Assembly (NCBI GenBank): GCA_041630155.1
Contig: JBFKLX010000002.1
Span: 3,769-67,768, forward strand
Length of the DNA: 64,000 bases
DNA from: Acidobacteriota bacterium
GTDB lineage: Bacteria; Acidobacteriota; UBA6911; RPQK01; JANQFM01
Direction of reading: 5' to 3'
Of this stretch, positions 10,190 through 20,210 are shown piece by piece; positions within the stretch are counted from its first letter, which is position 1; each line of letters starts with the position of its first letter. A program made the position numbers and the translations under genes. Below the pieces are notes generated by a model. It saw only the letters and a list, made by a program, of their open reading frames with translations. It was not told the origin of the DNA and searched no databases.

Positions 10190-10654
10190 CTACCGAGGCG
10201 GGTTCGCGACTTTCGAGGACCGCTCAGACCATTCGGGCGGGTCGGTTCGCAGCAACGCGTCGAGACTCTTCAGATCTTCGTTGCGCGAAAAGTGCTGGAG
10301 CCCTTGCTCCAGTGTGGACAGGGCTTGGGGCAAGTCTCCAGTCTCCTGATAACCGCGGGCCAGCCAATAGTAGACCTGGGGAAACTCGGCCCCTTTCTCG
10401 AGGGCGTCCTGAAAGCGGCCGATGGCGTTCGGGAAATTGGCCAGCTTGAACTCGGTCATCCCCACGAGGTAGTGGCGCAAGGGGTCCTCGGGATGCAAGG
10501 ACAACTCCTGCTTGAACAGCTTCAGGGCCGCCTCGTACTGGGCGGCCACCGCCAGCCGGATTGCCTCGTCCAGCGTGTGATCCTGCGCTCGAGCGGGGAC
10601 CGTCAGCTGCCAGAGCAGAAGGATTCCGACGGCCGGATACCCGTTTCGCTTCAT
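10190..10654 (-). CDS. Secreted TPR-repeat protein
   Basis: Signal peptide 'MKRNGYPAVGILLLWQLTVPARA', followed by TPR-like helical repeats. Confidence 0.5.
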   Translation of the reverse strand: MKRNGYPAVGILLLWQLTVPARAQDHTLDEAIRLAVAAQYEAALKLFKQELSLHPEDPLRHYLVGMTEFKLANFPNAIGRFQDALEKGAEFPQVYYWLARGYQETGDLPQALSTLEQGLQHFSRNEDLKSLDALLRTDPPEWSERSSKVANPPR

Positions 10655-10835
10655 CGATCCCATCATACCGCACCGGCAGGTGCCTGACCGGGCGCCATGT
10701 GCCGCCCGGCCGGCGGCCCTCATGGGCTTCCGATTTCAGAGAGCACTTGCGCCGGAACCCCCCGATGCGGTATCACTATCGAGAATACGTTTTGGGGAGG
10801 CTGACAAGGAGATTCCATTCCTTTCGAGAAAGCAA

Positions 10836-11852
10836 ATGAGACCAACAACGACACGATTCGCCTTTTGCCTTGCGTTTCTCTGCCTGGCTGCCGGGCCGGC
10901 CGGACTGTTCGGCCAGGACCCCGTGGATCCGCCGGAAGGCGTGCCCCTCGGATCCGACTATCTGTACCGAAAACACTATGCCCAGGTGGAGGAGATCATG
11001 CAGCTCCCTCTGGGACAAAGGGAAAAGGCTCTGGAGAGCTATTACAGGAAACTGCATCCGGATACCAAGATCCGGCAGTACATTCCCGCCTTCTTCGGAC
11101 AGATCGTCAAGGACTACAAGAGCGCCGGCAACGCGGCCCAAGCCAAGGCCCTCGAAGACAAAGTCCTCCAGCTGTTTCCCCACCTGAAGCCGAGCCCCGA
11201 CCAGGAAGTCCAGGCCGCCTTCCAGAAGAAGGACTACGACCGGGCCATCCAGCTCGGTGAGGAGCTGTATGCCAAGCAGTCCAGCGGGAAGATAGCCAGC
11301 CTGGTGGCCAGCAGCTACATCGCCAAACAGAACGGGGCCAAGGCCGCGGAGTGGAGCGACAGAGCGCTGGACGGTCTGGGCGCCAAAGAGGGCTCTTACT
11401 ACGCCGCCTGGCTCTACGAGTACTACAAGGGACAGCAGCAGATTCCCAAGGCTCTGAGCTACATCGACAAACTGGCTGGGGCGTACGGCAACCAGCCGCC
11501 CCAGGGCTGGAAGGCGGCCCAATGGGATCAGACCCGAGGCGAAGCCGAATTCCTGCGCGCCTACCACTCCTATTCGCAGCAAAGCTACAAGCAAGCCATT
11601 CAGCAGTTCTACAAGTCGCTGGAGTACAACGGCGAGAACGAACAGGCGTACACCTTGATCGGTCTCAGCCACTGGAAGCTGAAGGAGCTGGAAGACGCCA
11701 TGGGGGCGTTCGCGGTCGCCACCGTCATGAACAAGCCTGGTTCCGCCAAGGCTCGGGAATATCTGGAGCAGATCTACAGCGCGCGTAACGGCGGCAAGCT
11801 GGACGGGCTCGACAAGCTTCTGACCGAAGCGCGCCAGGCCGTCAAGCCATAG
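10836..11852 (+). CDS. Secreted TPR-like repeat protein
   Basis: Signal peptide 'MRPTTTRFAFCLAFLCLAAGPAGLFG'. Helical repeat composition. ATG at 10836 confirmed in the sequence. Confidence 0.5.
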   Translation: MRPTTTRFAFCLAFLCLAAGPAGLFGQDPVDPPEGVPLGSDYLYRKHYAQVEEIMQLPLGQREKALESYYRKLHPDTKIRQYIPAFFGQIVKDYKSAGNAAQAKALEDKVLQLFPHLKPSPDQEVQAAFQKKDYDRAIQLGEELYAKQSSGKIASLVASSYIAKQNGAKAAEWSDRALDGLGAKEGSYYAAWLYEYYKGQQQIPKALSYIDKLAGAYGNQPPQGWKAAQWDQTRGEAEFLRAYHSYSQQSYKQAIQQFYKSLEYNGENEQAYTLIGLSHWKLKELEDAMGAFAVATVMNKPGSAKAREYLEQIYSARNGGKLDGLDKLLTEARQAVKP

Positions 11853-11930
11853 CGGGCTGGGGCTGACCCACGCTCTTGGGCCGAACCATGGCGCAGGATT
11901 GGCCCGGCCGCGCGTCGTCGCCCGCCTCCC

Positions 11931-14135
11931 TCAGTCCACTACTCGGAAGGCAGCCTCCCGGAGGTCCTCCCTGCGCGAGGACGGCCCAACCAGAACGCGG
12001 TGCTCGACCGCTTCCACTTTCCAGGCGCGCTCCCGTGGGTCGTAATAGGCCAGTTCCCGGGCCGGCACTTCGAGCACCACCCGCCTCGTTTCACCCGGCG
12101 CAAGGAGCACCTTCTGGAATGCCCGAAGCAACTTCACCGGCCGGTCTACGCTGGAATTGGGAAAGCCAACGTACAGCTGCACGACCTCCGATCCCTGCCG
12201 GTTGCCCGTGTTGGTCACTTCGACGCCAACCCGCAGCCGTCCCTCGGCTGGAATTTCCGGAGTCATTACCTCCAGAGACTCGAAGCGAAAGTCGGTGTAG
12301 CTGAGGCCATACCCAAAGGGGAAGGCGGGTTGGAGACCCACTTTGTCCAGCAACGTGTAGCCGTGGTAGTAGCCGTAAGTCACCGAATCCGCGTAGGGGT
12401 CGAAGGAGGGCAGCTGATCGAGACTCAACGGGATCGTGAGGGGTAGTTTTCCGCTGGGGCTGAGCTCGCCGAACAAGAGGCGCGCAAGAGCACGCCCTCC
12501 TTCCATGCCACCGTACCAGGCCATCAGGATGGAAGGCACCTGCTGCCTCCATTCTTCCATCGTGATGGCGCTGCCGCCGATCAGTACCACTACCGTTCTG
12601 GTGTTCTCCGCCGCGGCCGCCCGAATCACGGCCAGGTCCTGGTGGGTCAGCGACAAGGGATAGCGGTCGCCGCCCGGGCCCAGCCCAAGGATCGGTCGGG
12701 GCCGTTGCCCGGGCCGGGCACTCTTCCCTTGGATGCTGATGTATTCCCCCTCTTCGTCATGAGCGATTCCCACGACGACGATTGCGGCATCGGCTTCGCG
12801 GGCCACTCGCCGGACCTCTTCCAGGTCTGTTCCGGACGCGTGTGAGACCCGGTCGGCGCCCAGATACTCCTGAAGTCCCTGCAGAGGGGGGACCAGGTGA
12901 GGCGGTTTCACCTTACTACTGCCGCGGTCCCCGGTGTTGTCGGCACCGGCCAGGCGCCCCACGACCGCCAAGCGGGAAACGCTCTCACGTTCAAACGGCA
13001 GGACAGCCGGCTGGTTCTTCAGGAGAACCATGCTTTGCTCGGCCACCTCCCGAGCCAGTGTGACGTGCTCGTGAGAAGCCAGCCGGCTCTTCGAGTAGTC
13101 GATGGGATCGGGACGGGAGACGAATCGGAGCTTGGTGCGGAGGAGGTCCAGCACGAGCGGGTCGATCTCGTCCTCGGCGATCGCCCCCGACCGGATCAGC
13201 TCGCTCAGCCGCTTCCCGTAATGGCGAGCCGTCGCCATCTCCAGGTTGAGACCGGCCCGCACACCGGCCGTCGTGTCACGCAGGCCGTGCTCCCAGTCGG
13301 AACTGACGAAGCCTCGGAAGCCCCACTCGTTGCGCAGGATCTCGGTGAGCAGATAACGATTGTGCCCGCAAAACTCGCCGCGGACCTTGTTGTAGGCGCT
13401 CATCAGCGACGCGACCCCATGGTCGACACATTTCTTGAAATGAGGAAGATAGACTTCACGCAAGGTCCGCTCGTCGACCTGGACGTCCACGTGGTAACGG
13501 GAGAATTCGATGCTGTTGAGGGCGAAGTGCTTGGCGCTGACCATGACGTTGTGCCGTTGCGCGGCCTGCAGGTAGCTGACGGCCAGTTCGCCCGTCAGCC
13601 AGGGGTCTTCGCCGTAGCTTTCCTGGGCCCGCCCCCAGGAGGGATGGCGCAGCAGGTTGATACAGAGGCCTCCCAGGTAATTGGCACCCGCGGCTCGCGC
13701 TTCGATCCCCATCGCATCTCCCACCCGCCTCTCCAGCTCGACATCCCAGCTGGCGGCTCGCGCCAGGGCCACTGGAAAGGCCGTCGCCGGGGCCGTGGTG
13801 ATGCCGCGAGGACCGTCGGTGAAGGCTACCGGAGGGATGCCCAGCCGTGGGTTGCCTCCCGCGTGGATCACCGCAAAGTGGCCCGACCAGAGACTGGTCG
13901 CGACCGTCACCCACACCCCCTCACCGGTCATCTCGGCGAGTTTCTCGTCGAGAGTCATCCGGCCCAGAAGTTGCTCAGCCAGGACATCCATGTCCTGGCC
14001 CGGGGAGCGCTCCAACCAGGGATAGGCGGAAGGACTCACCTCCGGGCGAGGCTTCCAGAGCAGGTAGAAGAAACCCGCCGCGACGCCCAGAAGGACAGCG
14101 GCAATCAGGGCCAGAACGATCAGCAGGATTCTCAT
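11931..14135 (-). CDS. bglX: Glycoside hydrolase family 3 beta-glucosidase (BglX-like) with N-terminal membrane anchor
   Basis: GH3 N- and C-terminal domain motifs, including 'SDWEHGLRDT' (catalytic Asp region) and 'KHFALNS', followed by a fibronectin-like C-terminus. Confidence 0.85.
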   Translation of the reverse strand: MRILLIVLALIAAVLLGVAAGFFYLLWKPRPEVSPSAYPWLERSPGQDMDVLAEQLLGRMTLDEKLAEMTGEGVWVTVATSLWSGHFAVIHAGGNPRLGIPPVAFTDGPRGITTAPATAFPVALARAASWDVELERRVGDAMGIEARAAGANYLGGLCINLLRHPSWGRAQESYGEDPWLTGELAVSYLQAAQRHNVMVSAKHFALNSIEFSRYHVDVQVDERTLREVYLPHFKKCVDHGVASLMSAYNKVRGEFCGHNRYLLTEILRNEWGFRGFVSSDWEHGLRDTTAGVRAGLNLEMATARHYGKRLSELIRSGAIAEDEIDPLVLDLLRTKLRFVSRPDPIDYSKSRLASHEHVTLAREVAEQSMVLLKNQPAVLPFERESVSRLAVVGRLAGADNTGDRGSSKVKPPHLVPPLQGLQEYLGADRVSHASGTDLEEVRRVAREADAAIVVVGIAHDEEGEYISIQGKSARPGQRPRPILGLGPGGDRYPLSLTHQDLAVIRAAAAENTRTVVVLIGGSAITMEEWRQQVPSILMAWYGGMEGGRALARLLFGELSPSGKLPLTIPLSLDQLPSFDPYADSVTYGYYHGYTLLDKVGLQPAFPFGYGLSYTDFRFESLEVMTPEIPAEGRLRVGVEVTNTGNRQGSEVVQLYVGFPNSSVDRPVKLLRAFQKVLLAPGETRRVVLEVPARELAYYDPRERAWKVEAVEHRVLVGPSSRREDLREAAFRVVD

Positions 14136-14303
14136 GCAACGATCTCAGGGCACCTGCGGCACGTCGAGGAGTGAGAGGGAGCGCAACGCCGGCAACGGGC
14201 GTGGTCGCGGCCCCATCAAACGAGCTCTCTCGGAAAACGGGGGCTCAGCCCTCGTGCCTACGCCGGGAATCAACGGCAAGGATGCCGACGTCACTCCTCT
14301 TCT

Positions 14304-17060
14304 CTAGGAGTCCTCCAAAGCGGCGTGGGCGGCGGCCAGCCGGGCGATCGGCACACGGAAGGGCGAACAGGACACATAGTTCAGTCCCAGTTCGTGGCAC
14401 AAGGCGATGCTCTCGGGATCCCCTCCGTGCTCGCCGCAAATCCCGATCTCGATGTCGGGACGGGTTTGGCGGCCCAGCTCCACCGCCATCTGCATGATCT
14501 TTCCCACTCCGTTGCGGTCGATCGTGGCGAACGGATTGACGGGCAGGATCTTCCGTTCCAGGTATTCGACCAGGAAACCGGCCTCCGCGTCGTCACGGGA
14601 GATCCCGAAGATGGTCTGCGTCAAGTCGTTGGTGCCGAAGGAGAAGAACTGGGCGTACTCGGCCAGTTCGTCCGCTGTCAAAGCGGCGCGCGGAATCTCG
14701 ATCATGGTGCCGAACTTGTGCTTGACTTGAGTCTTTTCCCGTTTCATCACTTCGTGTGCCACCGCCTCGAGCGCCTCTCGCTGCTCTTTCAGCTCGTTGG
14801 CGTGGCAGGTCAGGGGAATCATGATCTCGGGATGCACCTCTACCCCTTCCCGGGTGCAGCTGCAGGCGGCTTCGAAAATGGCACGCACCTGCATCTTCGT
14901 CAGTTCCGGGATGAGCAGCCCCAGGCGCACTCCGCGCGTTCCCAGCATGGGATTGGCCTCGCTGAGCGCCTCCACCCGCTCCAGGTAGTCGGACTTGGTG
15001 CGGATTTCAGCCAGGATCTTGTCCGTTTCCGATAGCACCCGCGCGTGCTGCAGCTGGATTTTCAAATCGGTCAGGTCGTGCACCAGCTCCTTGAACGAGG
15101 GGAGGAACTCGTGCAGCGGTGGATCGATCAGCCGGATGATCACGGGATAGCCGTTCATTGCCCTGAAGAGACCTTCGAAGTCGGCTCGCTGGAAGGGCAG
15201 CAGTTTGTCCAGGGCGTGCTGCCGTTCAATCGGCGTGCGCGCCATGATCATCTGTTGGACGATGGGAATACGCTCGGCTTCGAAGAACATGTGCTCGGTC
15301 CTGCACAGTCCGATTCCCTGGGCACCGTATTCACGGGCGCGTTGAGCATCGGCCGGGTAATCGGCGTTGGCCCACACCCCCAGTTTTCGGATCTGGTCGG
15401 CCCAGCCGAGGATCTTGAGCAGCCAGGGGTTATCGAAGGAGGGGACGAAAGTCGCAATCTGGCCCAGGTAGACCTCGCCGGTGGTGCCGTCCAGTGAAAT
15501 CCAGTCGCCTTCCTTGACGACCAGGTCCTCGCCGACACTCATGTGCCGCCCGTCCAGATCGATGTCCAGTTCACTGACGCCCACAACAGCCGGCTTTCCG
15601 AACTGGCGCGCCACCAGCGCGGCGTGGCTGGTCCGACCACCACGGCTGGTCAGCACGCCCTTGGCCGCCAGCAGCCCGTGCACGTCGTCCGGTTTGGTCT
15701 CGGGCCGGACCATGATGACGTCTTTGCCTTCTTCCTTGGCCCAGCGCTCGGCAATGTCGGCGTCGAAGGCCACCACACCCACCGCTGCACCGGGGGAGAC
15801 GTTGAGTCCGCGGGCGATCATGCGGCCCTGCTTGCGCCCCTCCGGCTCCAGCTGGGGATGGAGGAAGAAGTCCACCTGTTCCGGCTTGACGCGGCGCACG
15901 GCGTCATCCTTGCTGATCAGCCCCTCCTCGACCATGTCCACGGCAATGCGCACTTCGGCCTGGGCGGTTCGCTTGCCGTCACGGGTCTGCAGCAGGTACA
16001 GCTTGCCGTTCTCGATGGTGAACTCCATGTCCTGCATGTTGCGATAGTGCTTTTCCAGCCGCTTGGCGATGCTGTCGAATTCGTCGTACAGCTCGGGCAT
16101 CTGGTCTCTCAGCTCGGCCAGCGGCTGGGTCAGCCGGATGCCGGCTACCACGTCTTCACCCTGGGCATTGATCAGGAAGTCCCCTTCCAGCTCCGGTTCT
16201 CCAGTCGAGGCGTTGCGCGACATGGCCACGCCCGTGGCCGAGCTGTCCCCCATGTTTCCAAACACCATCGTCTGAATGTTGACGGCGGTGCCCAGATCAT
16301 GAGGGATGTTGGTGGCGTTGCGGTAATCGATGGCTCGCTTGCTGTTCCAGGACTTGAACACGGCTTCCGTCGCCAGCTTGAGCTGGACGAAGGGGTCGGT
16401 GGGAAAGTCCTGATTGGTGTAGGTCCGCACGATCTCCTTGAAGCGCGAAGTCACCTCCTGCCAGTCGGAGGCTTTCATCTGGGTGTCGCTGGCCGCCCCG
16501 ATCCGTTTCCGGTGAGCCGTGATGACCGCTTCGAAGACCTCGTCGGGAACCCCCAGCACCACGCTGCCGAACATCTGGACCAGACGACGGTAAGAGTCGT
16601 AGATGAAGCGGGGATCGCGCCCCTTCTGGATGGCCAGCTGAGCGACTTCGTCGTTGAGCCCGATGTTGAGGATGGTGTCCATCATGCCGGGCATCGAGAA
16701 CTTGGCACCTGAGCGGCAGGAGACCAGCAGCGGGTTTTCCGGATCGCCGAAGGTCTTGCCGGTCGCCTCTTCGATCGCCCTCATGGCATCCACTTCCTGG
16801 CGCCAGATCTCTTCCGGAAAGCCGTTGGCGCGCAGATACTCTTTGCAGGCTTCGGTGGTCACGGTGAATCCGGGAGGAACCGGGACTCCGATGCGCGTCA
16901 TGTCGGCGAGGTTGGCCCCCTTCCCGCCCAGCAAACCCCGGACTTTCTCCCAGCTTCCTTCGAGCCGCTCCTCGGCCTGTTGCACTTCATTGAAGAGATA
17001 CACGTATTTGACGGCAGTCGCTGAAGCCTGGCTGCTTTTTACTTGCGTTTTCTCGGACAT
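14304..17060 (-). CDS. ppdK: Pyruvate, phosphate dikinase
   Basis: Full-length PPDK architecture. 'GGKGANLAEM' is the ATP-grasp motif; 'TSHAALVAR' contains the phospho-His site; the C-terminal domain is a PEP-utilising TIM barrel. Confidence 0.95.
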   Translation of the reverse strand: MSEKTQVKSSQASATAVKYVYLFNEVQQAEERLEGSWEKVRGLLGGKGANLADMTRIGVPVPPGFTVTTEACKEYLRANGFPEEIWRQEVDAMRAIEEATGKTFGDPENPLLVSCRSGAKFSMPGMMDTILNIGLNDEVAQLAIQKGRDPRFIYDSYRRLVQMFGSVVLGVPDEVFEAVITAHRKRIGAASDTQMKASDWQEVTSRFKEIVRTYTNQDFPTDPFVQLKLATEAVFKSWNSKRAIDYRNATNIPHDLGTAVNIQTMVFGNMGDSSATGVAMSRNASTGEPELEGDFLINAQGEDVVAGIRLTQPLAELRDQMPELYDEFDSIAKRLEKHYRNMQDMEFTIENGKLYLLQTRDGKRTAQAEVRIAVDMVEEGLISKDDAVRRVKPEQVDFFLHPQLEPEGRKQGRMIARGLNVSPGAAVGVVAFDADIAERWAKEEGKDVIMVRPETKPDDVHGLLAAKGVLTSRGGRTSHAALVARQFGKPAVVGVSELDIDLDGRHMSVGEDLVVKEGDWISLDGTTGEVYLGQIATFVPSFDNPWLLKILGWADQIRKLGVWANADYPADAQRAREYGAQGIGLCRTEHMFFEAERIPIVQQMIMARTPIERQHALDKLLPFQRADFEGLFRAMNGYPVIIRLIDPPLHEFLPSFKELVHDLTDLKIQLQHARVLSETDKILAEIRTKSDYLERVEALSEANPMLGTRGVRLGLLIPELTKMQVRAIFEAACSCTREGVEVHPEIMIPLTCHANELKEQREALEAVAHEVMKREKTQVKHKFGTMIEIPRAALTADELAEYAQFFSFGTNDLTQTIFGISRDDAEAGFLVEYLERKILPVNPFATIDRNGVGKIMQMAVELGRQTRPDIEIGICGEHGGDPESIALCHELGLNYVSCSPFRVPIARLAAAHAALEDS

Positions 17061-17309
17061 CTCAACCCTCCCTTGCTCACACTGGTCCAATGCCGGCGCT
17101 TTCTCCGAAATCCATTCTCATCCATTCCTCTAGCCCGGGATCCTTGCACGCTGGACCTCGCGGTTCGAACTGGTCTCTATTCGCCTCCACGGGTCGGCCA
17201 ATCACCGCCTTTTCCGCTGGAACCATAGAGCAAGCCGCTCTCGGACGCAAACCGCAGATCCAAAGACACACCGCGGCAGCTCACGGCGATTCCGCGCTCC
17301 CGGCAGTGT

Positions 17310-19172
17310 TCAATACGGCGCCGCCTCGGTAGAGATCTCGCCGCTTTCGTCTCGAAAGCTCACTTGGACCGGCTCAACATCCAACGTCCGCTCCCGGATC
17401 TTGCCGAGGATCTCCTCGACGAGAGCCCTTCGCTCCAACACCCGCTGCCCTTTCACCCGGTGGCGGCGGACCGAGACAGTACCGGCTCCCTGTTCCCGAT
17501 CTCCCACTACGAGCATATACGGGACCTTCCGTTCCTCAGCGGCGCGAACGCGGTAGTTGATCGAGTCGTCGACGTCGACTGAAGCGCGCACTCCGGCCGC
17601 CGTCAATTCCCGGCCCACGTCCTCCGCATACTCGACATGGCCGGCGCCCACCGGGAAGACCACCGCCTGCTCCGGTGCCAGCCAAGTGGGAAAAGCACCC
17701 GAGAAGTGCTCGATCAGAACCCCGATGAATCGTTCGAACGAGCCGAAGATGGCCCGATGAATGACGATGGGGCGCTGCAGGCTTCCGTCGGCTGCCGAAT
17801 AGCGCAAATCGAACTTGATGGGCAGCTGAAAGTCGAGCTGAACGGTGCCGCACTGCCAGCGCCGCCCCAGGCTGTCCCGGATGGCGACGTCGATCTTGGG
17901 ACCGTAGAAGGCCCCTTGCCCCTCGTCCACGCGATGGGGCTGGCCGAACTCGTCCAGAGCTTCACGCAGAGCGTCTTCGGCCTGCTCCCACAATTCCGGC
18001 TCACCCATGCAGGACTCAGGGCGAGTGGACAGGGCGACGTCGTACTCGACACCGAACACGCCATAGAGCCGCGAAAGCATCTCCAGGAGCTTCAGGATCT
18101 CCGACTGGAGGTGTTCGGGGCCCAGGAAGATGTGGGCGTCGTCCTGCACGAAGTTGCGGGTCCGCATGATGCCGTGGATGGCACCGGTGGGCTCGTTTCG
18201 ATGCAGCAACTGTCCCTCGGCGACCCGGAGGGGCAATTCCCTGTAGGAGCGGGTCTTGGTGCGGAAGAAAAGCATCGTGTCGGGGCAGTTCATCGGCTTG
18301 ATGACGAAACTCGGGCTCCCCTGCTCGTCCCGCAGCACGAACATGTCCTCGCGGAAGTGCTCCCAGTGACCGGAGCATTCGAACAGCTCCTTGCGGTACA
18401 GGATGGGATTGAGGATTTCGATGTAGTCCCCGCGGATGAATTCCCTCCAGAGGGCGAACAACTCGTCCCGCACGACCAAGCCCCGGGGATGCCAGAGCGC
18501 GGCGGCCGCCCAGGGATGGAAACTGAACAAGTCGAGCCGCGGGCCCAGTACCCGATGGTCCCTCGTCTTGGTTTCTTCCAGAAACACCAGGTACTTGCGA
18601 AGGCTCTTCGGATCGCGCCAAGCGGTCCCGGTCAGCCGGGTCAGAGAGGGCTGATCCTCGCGGCGCCAATGGGCGGCCGACAGGTTGAGCAACTTGAAGT
18701 GCCGGCAGTGGCCGGTGTCGGGAGCGTGCGGTCCGGCGCACAGATCGACGAAATCCCCGTTTCGGTACAGCGTGACCGTGTCGTCTTCGATCCGTTCCAG
18801 TATGTCCAGCTTGTACGACTGGCCGGCGCCGCGAAAGAGCTTTACGGCATCCGCCTTGGGCATCGCCGCGACTTCGAAAGGCTGTTGCTCCTGCACGATC
18901 TCTGCCATCACCTCCTCGAGCTTCTCCAGATCCTCGGAAGTCAAGGCTTCCGGTGGGCGAACGTCGTAGAAGAAACCCTGGGCGGTGGCCGGTCCGATCG
19001 CGAACTGGGTCTCCGGAAGAAGCCGTTGCAAAGCAGTCGCCATCACGTGAGAAGCCGAGTGTCGCACGCGCTTGAGTTTCTCGTCGGCCGCCAGGCGGTC
19101 GAACTCCCGGACGTCCACGGGACGCCAGGACAACCCCTCCAACCGGCTCACTTCTCGCTTCTCCTGGTGCAC
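17310..19172 (-). CDS. thrS: Threonine--tRNA ligase
   Basis: 'RHSASHVMA...AIGP..QGFFYD' is the N2 editing domain. The class II core and the anticodon-binding domain are both present. The start is proposed at the GTG encoding V75 of the track ORF, which has GGAGGG 8 nt upstream. The 5' portion of the track ORF overlaps the stop of the upstream gene. Confidence 0.85.
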   Translation of the reverse strand: MHQEKREVSRLEGLSWRPVDVREFDRLAADEKLKRVRHSASHVMATALQRLLPETQFAIGPATAQGFFYDVRPPEALTSEDLEKLEEVMAEIVQEQQPFEVAAMPKADAVKLFRGAGQSYKLDILERIEDDTVTLYRNGDFVDLCAGPHAPDTGHCRHFKLLNLSAAHWRREDQPSLTRLTGTAWRDPKSLRKYLVFLEETKTRDHRVLGPRLDLFSFHPWAAAALWHPRGLVVRDELFALWREFIRGDYIEILNPILYRKELFECSGHWEHFREDMFVLRDEQGSPSFVIKPMNCPDTMLFFRTKTRSYRELPLRVAEGQLLHRNEPTGAIHGIMRTRNFVQDDAHIFLGPEHLQSEILKLLEMLSRLYGVFGVEYDVALSTRPESCMGEPELWEQAEDALREALDEFGQPHRVDEGQGAFYGPKIDVAIRDSLGRRWQCGTVQLDFQLPIKFDLRYSAADGSLQRPIVIHRAIFGSFERFIGVLIEHFSGAFPTWLAPEQAVVFPVGAGHVEYAEDVGRELTAAGVRASVDVDDSINYRVRAAEERKVPYMLVVGDREQGAGTVSVRRHRVKGQRVLERRALVEEILGKIRERTLDVEPVQVSFRDESGEISTEAAPY

Positions 19173-19270
19173 AGTCGTGTCCCTCCGCTGCAACAGTCTA
19201 CCATCCTGAATGAAACGGATTGTGAAGGGCCTTTGACACCAGCATCCAGCCGGTGATTCGTCGACGCGAC

Positions 19271-19651
19271 CTACTCGGGGTTCTCCACAGGCTCCATCTC
19301 TTCCACCTGGAAGGGAGTGCCTTGCATGAAGATGGTGATGGTGTCGGGAGACTCTTTTCCCTTCACTTTCACGCGTGCACCCTCTTGGAACCACGATTCT
19401 TCCCGGTACTCGCCGATCGACAGGAGCAGGTAGGTCCCCTGCTCGGTCTCGAGCACCCAGCCGCCCGCCTCCACGGTTGGCTGCAGACGTCCTTCCAGTT
19501 CCTGCATTTCCTCCTCCGATGGGCCTGCGGCGGGATGCTGTTCGGCGGGGACCGCGGCCGGGGGCCGCGCCTCGTTTTCATTCGGCGCGCCGCGTCCGGC
19601 GCATCCCCACAACAGCAACAAGCAGGCTCCCAGCTTCCAACAGCATTTCAT
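19271..19651 (-). CDS. Small hypothetical lipoprotein
   Basis: Signal peptide with lipobox 'LLLLWGCAG'. Confidence 0.45.
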   Translation of the reverse strand: MKCCWKLGACLLLLWGCAGRGAPNENEARPPAAVPAEQHPAAGPSEEEMQELEGRLQPTVEAGGWVLETEQGTYLLLSIGEYREESWFQEGARVKVKGKESPDTITIFMQGTPFQVEEMEPVENPE

Positions 19652-19706
19652 TGGCGGTTCTCCTCAATTCGGCCCGGCAACCCGGCTAGGCGGCGCTCCG
19701 GCTGCT

Positions 19707-20210
19707 TCAGCCAGGGCGGAAAGCCGGAATTCCCTCTTCGGCGCCAAACAAAGGCTGGACCTCACGTTTGGCGGCTTCCGCCAGGCTGCGATTGGCCTCC
19801 TCGAAGCCGAGCCGTTCGAACGCCTCGATGGTCTGCTGGATCACCCCGTCGGCGGAAATCCAAAAACTGGTGGGAACGAACTCAACCCCATAGGACTCGC
19901 TGACCGTGAAGGGCTCCGGCTCGACCAGGATGGGCATCCGGATCTGATAGTCCTCCCGGAAACGGCAGGCATCGGCGACGGAATCCTGCAGCACCAGCAC
20001 CACCGAAGCCCCCTGCTGCCCGTAGTTCTGGTGGAGCCGGTCCAACAGGGGCAGGCACCACTGGCAAGTCGGGCAGGAGCTCTTGGCAAAGATGACCAGC
20101 GCGGGACCCCTGGCCAACAGCCCTTGCAGATCACAGCGGGCTTCTCTTCCCTCGGGTCGCGTCTCTTCCAATTCGAAATGGGGCGCTTCAGCTCCCGTTC
20201 CGAGCGTCAT
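19707..20210 (-). CDS. TlpA-like thioredoxin-fold thiol:disulfide oxidoreductase
   Basis: The CxxC active site 'SSCPTCQ' sits in a thioredoxin-like context. Confidence 0.65.
   Translation of the reverse strand: MTLGTGAEAPHFELEETRPEGREARCDLQGLLARGPALVIFAKSSCPTCQWCLPLLDRLHQNYGQQGASVVLVLQDSVADACRFREDYQIRMPILVEPEPFTVSESYGVEFVPTSFWISADGVIQQTIEAFERLGFEEANRSLAEAAKREVQPLFGAEEGIPAFRPG

Noticed and set aside
12897-14174. 425-aa plus-strand ORF antisense to the GH3 beta-glucosidase. Similar long antisense ORFs occur at 15543-16712 (opposite ppdK), 17637-19256 (opposite thrS), 2286-3167, 21372-22463 and 46195-47391.
   Set aside because: These are high-GC shadow ORFs. The opposite strand carries unambiguous conserved-domain signatures in each case.
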